Source: a virus. From it: a DNA stretch of 64,000 bases. Below are positions 1 through 9,901 of the stretch, piece after piece. Under the pieces are notes generated by a model that was given only the letters and a program-made list of their open reading frames with translations, was not told the DNA's origin and searched no databases. The stretch is taken from positions 1,529 to 65,528 of the IMG/VR virus record IMGVR_UViG_2852409570_000001. One strand, written 5' to 3'. A program made the position numbers and the translations under genes. Positions within the stretch are counted from its first letter, which is position 1; each line of letters starts with the position of its first letter.

Positions 1-281
1 GAGGGACTAGCCTTTTCTAATTTGAAAGTAAACTTTTGAATATAAATTCACAAAAAAAGTTTGAGTTCTATACTTCTTACCCCATAAATAATTTAGTTTT
101 CTTCCAATCATTGACTTGAGATTCACTACTAATAGAACTAATTATTTTTAAATCTTTTCATATTAATTGTATAGTTTAAATATTCAATTAAATATTTATA
201 AATAAATTCAAATGTTAGAAAATACAAATAATATGGTATTGTTATTTATGTAATATTCATTCCAAAAAAGGGGGATTTTTC

Positions 282-575
282 ATGTTCAAGAAAGTAATAA
301 TTGGAACATTAGCAACTGGAATTATGTTATCTGGTGCTGGAGGAGTACTTGCGGAAACACCTACTGATACAGGTGTAAAATTAAAAACGATTGATAATAA
401 AAAAAGTTTTGTTAAGAAAAAAGAAAAACAAGACTTTCCTGGTTACAAATCAAAAGGGGAAATACCTACTGTAAAAGAGTGGGATGGAGTGACTTGGTAT
501 TTAAAAGGAGCAACTGAAGTAAGTAAAAATTCATGGACAGGCCATTATGAAGGATGGCGAACAAGTAATAATTAA
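282..575 (+). CDS. Secreted LCI-fold (antimicrobial peptide-like) protein
   Basis: Signal peptide MFKKVIIGTLATGIMLSGAGGVLA; C-terminal WDGVTWYLK...WTGHYEGW resembles the LCI fold; GGGGGA RBS. Confidence 0.6.
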   Translation: MFKKVIIGTLATGIMLSGAGGVLAETPTDTGVKLKTIDNKKSFVKKKEKQDFPGYKSKGEIPTVKEWDGVTWYLKGATEVSKNSWTGHYEGWRTSNN

Positions 576-608
576 GAAACTTTAATTAAGTTTTCCAAGT
601 AAACAAAT

Positions 609-655
609 AAAAAGAAGACCGAACTAGATTGTTATTCTAGTTCGGTCTTCTTTTT
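609..655. terminator. Intrinsic terminator after LCI-like gene
   Basis: 20-bp perfect IR AAAAAGAAGACCGAACTAGA / TCTAGTTCGGTCTTCTTTTT. Confidence 0.85.
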
Positions 656-870
656 ATTTTAAATTCATTAATAATTAATTTTTTCATATCACTATAAAAT
701 ACCATTATTAACATCCCTAATATAGTTATAAATAAAGAAATTCCTTCAATGCCATTTTTCAAAATTAAGATGGTTCAAGTCGGAGGAAGGCACCTTTGGG
801 TGTCTTTTTTTCTACCTACAATCATTTAATTGTTATATAATAATATTATTGTATTTTAGGAGGAACATAA

Positions 871-1506
871 ATGAACAAAAAACTAATCATTGGAATTATC
901 GCTGTACTAGTAGCTATCATTGCTTCCGTAGCTATTTTTAAAGATTCCAAATCAGAAGATATGAAACCTAAGTATTCACAAAAAGATATGGATAAACTTA
1001 TCGATCAACACTTTAATGAACAGCAAGAATTAAAAACACAAATCAAAGAGTTGAAATCTAAAGTAGACTCCTATGAAAAAGAGCAAACTAGGTCACTTCA
1101 ACAAACTACACAGCCGAGTCAAGAAACACCTAAACCGCAAGAACAAGAACAGCCTAAAAAAGAAGACGTAAAGCCGGAGTCTCAACCGGAAAAGAAAGAA
1201 GTACCTAAACCGGAACAAACTACTGGAACATTAGCGAACCCAGTAAAGAACATCGACAAAACAGAAGCTATGAATAAGGTTAAAGAAAAAGCTAAGAAAG
1301 ACTTCCCAGATGATTATTCTACTCAAAATTATGTTGCAAATAAACAATCCAAAGCATTTGACTATTTAAATAACATTGAAATTAAGTCGCAAGAAGAATT
1401 AAATATTATAAATAAGGCACTACGTGATTTTCCTACTGATTTTTCAACAGCAAAATATGTATATGAAAAACAAATGAAAGCTAAAGGTGAGCAAGAGGCC
1501 CAGTAA
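871..1506 (+). CDS. Secreted/membrane-anchored hypothetical protein with Q/P/E-rich linker
   Basis: N-terminal hydrophobic anchor, coiled coil, QPSQETPKPQEQEQ linker, duplicated DFPxDYST motif; GGAGG RBS. Confidence 0.8.
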   Translation: MNKKLIIGIIAVLVAIIASVAIFKDSKSEDMKPKYSQKDMDKLIDQHFNEQQELKTQIKELKSKVDSYEKEQTRSLQQTTQPSQETPKPQEQEQPKKEDVKPESQPEKKEVPKPEQTTGTLANPVKNIDKTEAMNKVKEKAKKDFPDDYSTQNYVANKQSKAFDYLNNIEIKSQEELNIINKALRDFPTDFSTAKYVYEKQMKAKGEQEAQ

Positions 1507-1791
1507 TAATTTAATAAAACAGATAATAAACATGGTAAAATAATAATTGGATGGGAGTCCAATACATATTATTTTAATTAAGATGGTTCAAGTCAGAGGA
1601 AGGCACCTTAGGGTGTCTTTTCTTTATGAATAAGAGATAGATGGGAAAAATAAATTATAGGACAGAAATATAGTCTAAAACTTCTAAACTATCTTTTTAT
1701 TTCCTTTCGACATAATATGACAATATAAAGATATTTAATTTGTTATTATTAACGTGGCAATCTTACATTTTACATAATTGGAGGAACAAAC

Positions 1792-2310
1792 GTGGGAAAA
1801 ATATTTAAGTTTGGATGCCTAGGCATTATAGCTTTATTTGTAATCGGAATAATTGCTATGGTTGCTGGTGGTGGAGATTCAACAGAACAAACTTCAACAG
1901 ACACTAAAGCGGTATCAAAAGAAGGTGTATCTTCTGATGTGAAAATCTCTGTAGGATCTATGGAAACAGTAGATTCTGTGGGTAATGAATACTCAAAAGA
2001 ACAAGCACAAGGTGTCTTTAAGATTTTAGAAGTTACACTTACTAATAATCAAAAAGACGCTATCACTGTTGATACTAACAGCTTTAAATTGGTAGATAAC
2101 AAAGGTCGTGAATTCACATCTTCTGTACAAGGTCAATCATCTTTTGACTTAGCTAACGGTGGAAAAACTGACTTCTTCTTAAAACAATTAAATCCTGGTC
2201 TAACACAGACAGGGAAAATTGTATTTGATATACCAAAAGATGCTGAAGGACTTTTCTTAAAAGCTAGTGGCGGTATGACAGGTAAAGAAATTAATTTAAA
2301 AGTAGAATAG
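1792..2310 (+). CDS. DUF4352-like surface/lipoprotein
   Basis: GTG start with GGAGG RBS; FKFGCLG N-terminus, F.LVD..GREF and LNPGLTQTGKIVFDIP motifs. Confidence 0.75.
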   Translation: MGKIFKFGCLGIIALFVIGIIAMVAGGGDSTEQTSTDTKAVSKEGVSSDVKISVGSMETVDSVGNEYSKEQAQGVFKILEVTLTNNQKDAITVDTNSFKLVDNKGREFTSSVQGQSSFDLANGGKTDFFLKQLNPGLTQTGKIVFDIPKDAEGLFLKASGGMTGKEINLKVE

Positions 2311-2605
2311 GAAAAAGGTACTCGAAAGAGTGCCTTTTTTCTTAACAACTGACATTACTTAAGGTAGTAAAATAATGTTTGGACGGGATTCCAATACATA
2401 TTATTAAAATTAAAGTGGTTCAAGTCGGAAGGCACCTTTGGGTGTCTTTTTTTTTATAAAAAAGGACTCTAAAACGCCTTAAATTAGTAAACTTCAATAT
2501 TACTCTTTTTTATTATTCTGTTTTAACTTAATATATTAATATTAAGTTAAAAAATGTTATAATTAGTAAATAATTATATTAATTAGATGGAGAGGATACA
2601 ATATT

Positions 2606-3166
2606 ATGGGTTATAAATTTCGTAGAATTATCCAGTTTTCTCCGGGTGTGAAAATTAACTTTACATACACAGGTATGGGAGGGAACTCTATTTCACCTGA
2701 ATCAAGAACAACAACTTATGTACCTGGAACTGGAATCTCGTATACACCACGAATAGCTGAGTCAAACAATTATTATATACAACGAGGATATCAAGGACCA
2801 AACACTTCCTATCCCACTATGGATGAACAAGATGGCAATACGGTAAATGCATTTAGGCCAGTAAAAGAAACCCAAACTTACCTTGTTACTGCTTTTCGTA
2901 AAAAGGATAATCAAGTAAACTCCGTAGGTAGAAAACTAATGAAACCACTTTCCATAATTACAGGCGTTTTTGCGGGCCTATTCTTAATTATGATGCTTAT
3001 TATACCTGCTCTAATCATGGCATTCTTTTCTTTCCTATGCTATAAAAATATAAAAACACCATTTGCAGTTGTATGCCCAGAATGTGATGCTGAAAATCTA
3101 TTCATTTTTGAGGAAGAGAAGATTACTTGTCGTAAATGTGAGAGCACTCTTATAATCCAAAAATAA
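2606..3166 (+). CDS. DUF4236-like N-terminus, membrane helices and C-terminal Zn ribbon
   Basis: MGYKFRRIIQFSPGVKINF start, hydrophobic segment, CPEC...CRKC. Confidence 0.7.
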   Translation: MGYKFRRIIQFSPGVKINFTYTGMGGNSISPESRTTTYVPGTGISYTPRIAESNNYYIQRGYQGPNTSYPTMDEQDGNTVNAFRPVKETQTYLVTAFRKKDNQVNSVGRKLMKPLSIITGVFAGLFLIMMLIIPALIMAFFSFLCYKNIKTPFAVVCPECDAENLFIFEEEKITCRKCESTLIIQK

Positions 3167-3366
3167 ATAATTCTCAAATTAACGGCTTTTTTATTGGAAA
3201 ACTAAAGTCTTATCTACCTAAAAGGAAGGCGCCTTATGGCGTCTTTTCTCTATTTTCAAAAGGACCTTCTCAATTCATTCTTGAAAACATAAGGTAAAGT
3301 GAACCCATTAAAATCCATGGAATGAACCCTAGTTTTACCCTCTAATCTAAAGGAGGCACTATTGTT

Positions 3367-3477
3367 ATGGGATATGGTGGTAGTTGTGGCGAAGGCTGCG
3401 GTTTCGCTGGAGGTTTCGCTTTATTAGTTGTATTGTTTATTTTATTAATCATTATCGGATGCAGTTGTTTCTGCTAA
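3367..3477 (+). CDS. YjcZ-family small sporulation protein (36 aa, not in ORF track)
   Basis: Hand translation MGYGGSCGEGCGFAGGFALLVVLFILLIIIGCSCFC; GGAGG RBS; FALLVVLFILLIIIG is the YjcZ signature. Confidence 0.9.
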   Translation: MGYGGSCGEGCGFAGGFALLVVLFILLIIIGCSCFC

Positions 3478-3611
3478 AAACTATTGGAAAAGGCACCCTT
3501 ATATGGGCGCCTTTTTGTATATTAAAAACCTACCTATTTCCATAGGCGGGCTAAATATAATTTTGCACAATTGAGTTATAGCAAAATCATTTATATTGAA
3601 AGTAATTAAAA

Positions 3612-3917
3612 TTAACTTATTAATCCTAATACCTTAATAATCTCAATTGTTTTATTATCTTTTATTTTGAAATAAAGCCTTTTCCCTATACGTTCACTAA
3701 TTACAATATTTCCAGAGGCTAATTTACGCAAATGTTGTACAATCAAATCCTCTGTAATTCTTGTTTGCTTACTTAAATCAGAAACTGACAACGATCCATA
3801 TGTAATCAATTTACAAACAATTGATAAGCGAGTAGAATTCCCTAATAACCCTAAAACTTTTATACTTTCGGTATAGAAACTAAAATCCATATGAAAAGCA
3901 TGTAACAGATCTTCCAA
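3612..3917 (-). CDS. ArsR/SmtB (PagR-like) transcription regulator
   Basis: TRLSIV...LSVSDLS...QHLRKL...ERIGKRLYF winged-HTH pattern. Confidence 0.8.
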   Translation of the reverse strand: MEDLLHAFHMDFSFYTESIKVLGLLGNSTRLSIVCKLITYGSLSVSDLSKQTRITEDLIVQHLRKLASGNIVISERIGKRLYFKIKDNKTIEIIKVLGLIS

Positions 3918-4193
3918 CCTCCTAAAATAAGATGAATATCAACCAAAATATCTTAACATAAAAATAGTAAAAAACACCCTAAAATATACCAATTATTCAT
4001 TGAGAAAAATAATACTTGAATGGGAGTCCAATACATATTCTTAGAATTAAAGTGATTCAAGTCGGAGGAAGGCACCTTAAGGTGTATTTTTTTTGAATTT
4101 ATAACTTTTTTTAGAAATTATTTGAAAAAATATACATAATAGTATATCATTATATTGTAATTATTTAAATTAAAATATTTAGGGGGATTTTTA

Positions 4194-4664
4194 ATGAAAT
4201 TAGGAAAATTAGCATTAGTTGGAGTATTAACATTTGGGGGATTTACTGCAGTAGAAATGATTAAACCTACTTCACAAGCTGCAGCATCTTATGAAGAACC
4301 ATATTCTGATCCATATAATGATAGTTGGGGATTTTCATCACCAAATAATTTTGAATATCTATCCAAATTTCCAAATGCACACATGGTTAAAAAATCATAT
4401 AGAACTGGAGATATCTTAAATTACTCTCTTAGCTCAATAAAAGATGACTCAGGAGCTGTTATGAAGATTTTTAAAGTTGAAGCTGGAAAAAAACCTGTAC
4501 GCTATAGAACAATTTATCCTCAATTTGATGCTAATTACCAAAACCCTACTTGGTCAACTGTAATTACAGATGTATATACTCCTGGTAGCTATATTGCTGT
4601 TATAAAACATGTCAATGATTCAATAGGTTACGGCGTAAGTGATTGGTTTACAATTAATAAATAA
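4194..4664 (+). CDS. Secreted DUF5065-like protein, paralog 1
   Basis: MKLGKLALVGVLTFGGFTAVEMIKPTSQAAA leader; GAVMKIFKV and YTPGSYIAVIK motifs. Confidence 0.75.
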   Translation: MKLGKLALVGVLTFGGFTAVEMIKPTSQAAASYEEPYSDPYNDSWGFSSPNNFEYLSKFPNAHMVKKSYRTGDILNYSLSSIKDDSGAVMKIFKVEAGKKPVRYRTIYPQFDANYQNPTWSTVITDVYTPGSYIAVIKHVNDSIGYGVSDWFTINK

Positions 4665-4859
4665 TAACAATTATCCTTGTAAACGCCATCTTTATTGTAA
4701 TGATAAAGTGGTTCAAGTCACAGGAAGGCACCCCAAAGGTGCCTTTTTATTTATGGATTTTTTTAGAAAATATTTGAAATATAATACAGTGGATTATATT
4801 ATTATGTGTGTATGATTTCTGGTTTTAAAACTTACAAAAATTAATAGGGGGAAACAATA

Positions 4860-5303
4860 ATGAAGTTAGGAAAATTAGCATTAATTGGTGCGTTAACTTT
4901 TAGCGGTTTTACTGCAATAGAAATGAGTAAGCCTACCTCACAAGCAGCTGCAGCTTACTCAGATCCACTTAATGATGATTGGGGATTTAAAACCATTGTG
5001 GATTTACAAAATTCAGAGGAAAGTACATATCAACCAGATTGGAAGATTAAGAATTTAATAACTGGTGATACATTTTACTTAACACAGCACTTTGGTAGAG
5101 AACATTTTGGTGCGCAAATGAAAATTTTTAAAATCCACACAAATGGTACCCTAGAACGATTCCAAACAATAGAACCGGAATTTATTCCTGGAACAGAAAT
5201 TTGGCAAACCCCTATCACAGATAGCTATACAAGTGGTACTTATGTGGCTGCAATTAAATATCGTGGTGAATTCACGTATTCAAATCTATTTACAATCAAT
5301 TAG
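4860..5303 (+). CDS. Secreted DUF5065-like protein, paralog 2
   Basis: Same leader and GAQMKIFKI / YTSGTYVAAIK motifs as 4194-4664. Confidence 0.75.
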   Translation: MKLGKLALIGALTFSGFTAIEMSKPTSQAAAAYSDPLNDDWGFKTIVDLQNSEESTYQPDWKIKNLITGDTFYLTQHFGREHFGAQMKIFKIHTNGTLERFQTIEPEFIPGTEIWQTPITDSYTSGTYVAAIKYRGEFTYSNLFTIN

Positions 5304-5408
5304 GGATGTAATAAATTGAAAAAAGGCACCTTTGCGTATCTTTTCTTTTGTACATTATATCTATTACGTGCTCATTGATTTTTTATGTACATTTGATATA
5401 ATTGCTGT

Positions 5409-5563
5409 AGTAGTATTACAGTAATAGCTTGTGTATATAATAAAAGAAGAGATGCGCTAACATCTCTTCTAATAACTGCTACCGTCAGGGTGGTGGTTAT
5501 ATCATTTATTTTTTACGAAACCCACCCTTTTGCTTTGGACGGCGACGAGGAGTGGGTTTTTTG
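5409..5563 (+). ncRNA. Putative antisense RNA (type I antitoxin-like)
   Basis: TTGATT-16-TATAAT promoter (5375-5402), hairpin AGAAGAGATG-CGCTAA-CATCTCTTCT, terminator AAACCCAC...GTGGGTTTTTT inside the convergent ORF 3' end. Confidence 0.55.
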
Positions 5564-5661
5564 TTATCTTTTTCTAAAATTTGTTTCCTAAAAACATACG
5601 CAGAAACTTCACGTACAATGGCTTTCACAAATTCTTTTAGAAGCTCAAACAAAAACTCCAT
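5506..5661 (-). CDS. Small amphipathic/basic peptide (51 aa), type I toxin-like
   Basis: MEFLFELLKEFVKAIVREVSAYVFRKQ...KPTPRRRPKQKGGFRKK; AAAGGGGG RBS sequestered in a hairpin. Confidence 0.65.
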   Translation of the reverse strand: MEFLFELLKEFVKAIVREVSAYVFRKQILEKDNKKPTPRRRPKQKGGFRKK

Positions 5662-6483
5662 AGGTATATCACCCCCTTTCCTTCCAAATGGAAAGAAGGG
5701 ATAACCAATCACCCTCACAATATACAGTTAATCCTATTCTATCATACTAGTAAAATCTCACCAATATAAAAAAGACCACCATTACTGGCAGTCCTTTTTG
5801 GGTAGTTTTAGAAATCAAATTATAACATATTAATATACAAATTATAAATATGTTTTTCCCAAAGATACTATGAGTTTTTATAATTCTTAATTTCTAAATT
5901 TTCATTGCATGATAAATTTTCCTATAAGGATTAACAAATAACATTAAAATTATCAATTGATTAGATTATTAGAAAAAACTGGTTATCTATATAAGTATTT
6001 GGCAAAATATAGATATAATTTAAGAGGATAAAGTTAATATAGACCAACTAAGTAATGGTAAGAAAATGTTTTATTGCATAAAAAAAGGCTCCATTACTGG
6101 AGCACTCAAAATAAATAAACGAATTAAAACAAGAAACAGACAATTTAACTATATAGATAAAATATAGATAAATCTATATATATGTAAAAATGCATATAAA
6201 AACTCTATTTATTGATGCTATAATAGGTTTACTCGATGATTGTTATATTTTTTATGGTTTTCAAGCAATACAATACCTTCTTAACACCAAGTTTACCAGT
6301 AAAAGAAGACATCTTAATCGATGTCTTCTTTTCTTATATAATAACAACATAATAAAATTAAGATGGTTCAAGTCGGAGGAAGGCATCTTAGGGTGTCTTT
6401 TCTTATTCTTAAATCTATATTTTACAGTACAATTCCCTTATTATTATATAAAGGATAAATTAAAATAAGGAGGATATTTATAC

Positions 6484-6831
6484 ATGCAAAAAAGGGCTCT
6501 TATAATTACATCTGTATTACTTATAATTGGTTTATTTATAATCGGAAAAGGAATAATAGATCGTTATTTTATTACAGGTGATTCGAAATTAAGAGAAGAA
6601 GCCATTATAGGTATAATGTGGCATCTAGAAGAAAAAGGGTACGCAAAGTCAGATGTTTTAGAAATTAAACCTTTTTTTGATAGTAAACAAACTCAATATG
6701 GAGCACATGTTATATTTAAAGATGAACCAAACATATGGTACAAATACGTACGTTGGGATAATCCTCATACTGGCAAAATTGAATTTGGACAAGATTATGA
6801 CGAACAAGGAAAACACGACGAACTAAACTGA
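6484..6831 (+). CDS. DUF3139-like membrane-anchored protein
   Basis: N-terminal TM; HLEEKGY...VIFKDEPNIWYKY motif; AAGGAGG RBS. Confidence 0.7.
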   Translation: MQKRALIITSVLLIIGLFIIGKGIIDRYFITGDSKLREEAIIGIMWHLEEKGYAKSDVLEIKPFFDSKQTQYGAHVIFKDEPNIWYKYVRWDNPHTGKIEFGQDYDEQGKHDELN

Positions 6832-6942
6832 TTAATATTTAATCCAGTCGGAGGAAGATATCTTAGGATGGCTTTTTTAAAATAAAAAATGTCCTACATT
6901 TTATGTAGGACATTTTTATATTTTATATGATAGAGTTATATT

Positions 6943-8547
6943 TTAACCCCACCACATTCCACCCTTACCAAAGAAATAAGGTCTTAATCCAAGCGCAGCT
7001 GGCATTGGACGTAAGAAATCATAAGGATGTACAATATAGAAATTACTTACTGGGAAGAAATCTACTCCTGCTCCATCTCTGAATGATAAGTAAACTAATT
7101 TAGAACAATATGTTTTATAATCGTTACTCTTTGCAGAAGTTCCAAAAATATCGTATCGATATTTAGATCCATTCTGATAGAAATGATTATACGCATAATC
7201 AGCAGCTCTAAATGCAGCTCCCTTATCTTTTTTATACCTTAAATATACAAAGTTAGAGTATTCCTGATTTCCCTTATGGATAAACTCCCATTTTGATAAA
7301 GGCATTATTTTGATTGCAGGCGATGCTGATGTTCCTGGTGCATGTACTAATAGATATTCTCCTTTATTAGCACCCGAGAATCCTTGTGTTTCAGTGAAGT
7401 CTTTACCGATAATACCCGAATGTCCTGTAATACCGTAGTTAGAGTCTGGTGTAACAACAATGTCACCTTTTTGCACCCAATCATCTGGTATGTTCCAAGA
7501 TGAAGTTACTGTTCCAGCACGTGCTACGCCTTGCTTTGGATTCTGTTGTTTTTCTGCTTCTTTTCTTAAAAACTCAGCTTTTTCTTCTTCTGTAGGTATT
7601 CTTACAGCCTCAAATTTATCATCAAGTCCTTGTGCTCTTAAAGAAGCTTTTACTTCTGCAACTCTTTGTTGAGGTGTTTTATCTGGTCCAATATCATTTT
7701 CATTGTAACCTAATGCCTGACGGAGAGGTTCCCTTTTTTCATTGAACTCTTTTTCAGCATTAAGTGACATCCATTTCTGTCCCAAATATGTACCAACTAG
7801 ATAAAAATCTCCCTGCTCTGTCTTTTTTCCATCATAGGCAACTAAATTTTTTTGAGGACCAAACACAGAACTTTTTTTAGCTTCTAAATAAGGCTCATCA
7901 AAAGTAGTAAAATTAGCATTCACTGGCATTTTGATTCCGTCAGGAGCAATCCATTTATGACCTTCATATGTAATTACTTTCCACCAACCATCAGAACGTT
8001 TTTCTAATACTGGTAAGAATTTTTGAGGACCAAATTGACTTCCACCTGCTCCTTTAGTTGCTATAAGCGACGGTTCATTATAGCTATAGAAATTTTTATT
8101 AAGTGCTGCCGTCTCTGCAACACCTGGATACATCCATTTGTCGCCTTCCCAAGATTGAAACTTTAACCATCCCGCTGTATTTCCATCAATTACTCTAACA
8201 GTAGTAGGGCTATACGGTATTTCCATATTACCTTTTTGAGACGAAAATGAAGGTTCATAGAATGCTAAAAATGGTTTATCAAAGTATTGAAGTTCCCCAT
8301 CGGCATTAATCCACTTATCACCTTCCCAAGTTCCTATCTTCCACCAACCATTTGAACGCTTCTCTTTTACAGTTAGAGCTTTTTGAGGTCCATATTGAGC
8401 TCCACCATTTCCCTTTGCAGATGTAAACTTTGGCTCGTTATATGCAAAGAATGATTTGTTAAATGGTATAACCTCATCAGCAAATGAAATATTGTTCGCT
8501 GAAAAGATTACAAATACAAATAGTAAAAATGAAAACAACTTCTTCAA
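6943..8547 (-). CDS. Secreted cell-wall protein: repeated SH3-like modules plus permuted papain-like (YiiX/YebB, NlpC/P60) domain
   Basis: Signal peptide; four F.AY.EP...GPQ...GW.K..T.EG.KW repeats; GDIVVT..GHSGI and YCSKLVY catalytic motifs. Confidence 0.8.
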   Translation of the reverse strand: MKKLFSFLLFVFVIFSANNISFADEVIPFNKSFFAYNEPKFTSAKGNGGAQYGPQKALTVKEKRSNGWWKIGTWEGDKWINADGELQYFDKPFLAFYEPSFSSQKGNMEIPYSPTTVRVIDGNTAGWLKFQSWEGDKWMYPGVAETAALNKNFYSYNEPSLIATKGAGGSQFGPQKFLPVLEKRSDGWWKVITYEGHKWIAPDGIKMPVNANFTTFDEPYLEAKKSSVFGPQKNLVAYDGKKTEQGDFYLVGTYLGQKWMSLNAEKEFNEKREPLRQALGYNENDIGPDKTPQQRVAEVKASLRAQGLDDKFEAVRIPTEEEKAEFLRKEAEKQQNPKQGVARAGTVTSSWNIPDDWVQKGDIVVTPDSNYGITGHSGIIGKDFTETQGFSGANKGEYLLVHAPGTSASPAIKIMPLSKWEFIHKGNQEYSNFVYLRYKKDKGAAFRAADYAYNHFYQNGSKYRYDIFGTSAKSNDYKTYCSKLVYLSFRDGAGVDFFPVSNFYIVHPYDFLRPMPAALGLRPYFFGKGGMWWG

Positions 8548-8756
8548 GATAAATCTTCCTCCTTTGGAAAAATATTAAATAAAATAGAAATTCATGTTAT
8601 ATAATGTCATATTTTTATATTAAATGCTATATATTTATATGAAATAAAAAGATTTTATTATAATTTGAAAAATGATACGATTTAAAGTTAAAATAATTCA
8701 AGTCGGGGGAAGGCACCTTAAGGTGTCTTTTCTTCATAAAAAGTAATTTCAATATT

Positions 8757-9070
8757 TTAAGAGAAACTCCACCACATTCCACCATTACTGATAGTCTTTT
8801 TAGATAAATTTATAGATATTAATCATATTATAAAAATATTATGATTAATATATTGTTATTGTTCTCTTATAATCTTTATCATCCACCATTTAAAGTTTCT
8901 TTAAACTATTACCTAACATATGTTTTTTGTACCATGCTTTGTTAATGCATTTAACCTTCTTAGGTGTTGAGAATTTAGCATTATCCCTTGGTATAGCCAT
9001 ATCATTAGAACATCCTGCGATATTTAAACAAAATGTAGCCAATAAAGACAATAATATTAATTTATTCAAA
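8757..9070 (-). pseudogene. Eroded gene remnants (lipoprotein N-terminus; GGMWW C-terminal fragment resembling the neighbouring gene end)
   Basis: TTG-start LNKLILLSLLATFCLNIAGC lipobox truncated by an early stop; SNGGMWWSFS* at 8757-8790 resembles GKGGMWWG* of 6943-8547. Confidence 0.4.
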
Positions 9071-9223
9071 TAATCACTTCTAACTCTTTTTTAATTAACA
9101 TTTTGATATAAAATAAACCTCTCACTAACTTTACATTAGATTAAAAGTTGAAAACTATTCTTATAATCATAAAATGTTAAATTTTTATCCAATGAGATAG
9201 TAATACCCCTCCTAAAAACCTAC

Positions 9224-9901
9224 TTATTTCCCTAGATCGGTCTTCTTAAATTCTTCATCTTCAGCATCATGAAATCCTAAATCGAACGAATACAACGTTT
9301 CTAATGTCTCTGAAGCTCCAATATATATCAAAATACTCTCTATATCTTTGTAAGATTGAAAATATAAAATTTTTGCTTTTGGTATTTTCCCGTCAGTTTG
9401 TAATTTTTTCTTCTTAATGCCTAATTCTTCAAACATAAAATTATTTAAATGCTCCAAGATATCTTCAGACCCATGAATACGAAAGCGTGGTCTAACATAA
9501 ATTTTATTTTTAGGTCGTTTAACTTTGATCGTGCCAAGTTCATGCCTCAATAAAACATATTTTTTAATGAATATTTTTTTATTAAACTCACCTTTAGGAA
9601 ATAACCTAGATTTTCCTCGTATCGGTGACCAACCAAATTCTTTTACCTTTGTAATAAATGGATGGTCACTATTCATAGACATATACCATTCCACATACCC
9701 TTTATCTTCACAGTATCTTGATCTTATTTTTCTCCCAAAGAAATCAGCAAACTTTTTTACTATCACTTGTGACTTATGAGTGAATTGAAAATAACCTCCT
9801 GATTCATAACCATTACGCCATACCATACCTAAAGCCTCTGAAAATACATCTGTTTTAATAAAATCATCTATCCAATTCTTCTCTATAAGATTATTAGTCA
9901 T
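9224..9901 (-). CDS. Degenerate double-motif LAGLIDADG-like protein
   Basis: EALGMVWRNG and FIKKYVLLRHELG at the positions of the two LAGLIDADG helices, followed by RFRIHGSEDILEHL; catalytic acidic residues not retained. Confidence 0.55.
   Translation of the reverse strand: MTNNLIEKNWIDDFIKTDVFSEALGMVWRNGYESGGYFQFTHKSQVIVKKFADFFGRKIRSRYCEDKGYVEWYMSMNSDHPFITKVKEFGWSPIRGKSRLFPKGEFNKKIFIKKYVLLRHELGTIKVKRPKNKIYVRPRFRIHGSEDILEHLNNFMFEELGIKKKKLQTDGKIPKAKILYFQSYKDIESILIYIGASETLETLYSFDLGFHDAEDEEFKKTDLGK

Larger units (their letters stand above)
767..8733 (+). repeat. Dispersed co-oriented intergenic repeat (AAGATGGTTCAAGTCGGAGGAAGGCACCTTAGGGTGTCTTTT), left array
   Basis: Near-full copies at ~767-811, 1580-1625, 2411-2455, 4048-4094, 4704-4748, 6360-6404, 8690-8733; partial copies at ~3222-3248, 3486-3516, 5320-5349, 6841-6878; copies 1580, 2411, 4048 have an upstream extension (T)TGGAT/CGGGAG/TTCCAATACATATT. 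Confidence 0.95.

Noticed and set aside
771-781. tRNA gene suggested by GGTTCAAGTC
   Set aside because: No acceptor stem, D-arm, anticodon arm or CCA around any copy; only the T-loop-like motif matches.
2521-2552. 14-bp AT-rich perfect palindrome
   Set aside because: It is nearly all A/T and occurs once; it may be an operator but has no further support.
6190-6468. 92-aa ORF in the track
   Set aside because: It reads through the cassette repeat and terminator, is AT-rich low-complexity and lacks an RBS.
767-8733. CRISPR array interpretation of the intergenic repeat
   Set aside because: The intervals are 0.3-2 kb genes rather than 30-40 bp spacers, and no cas genes are present in the window.
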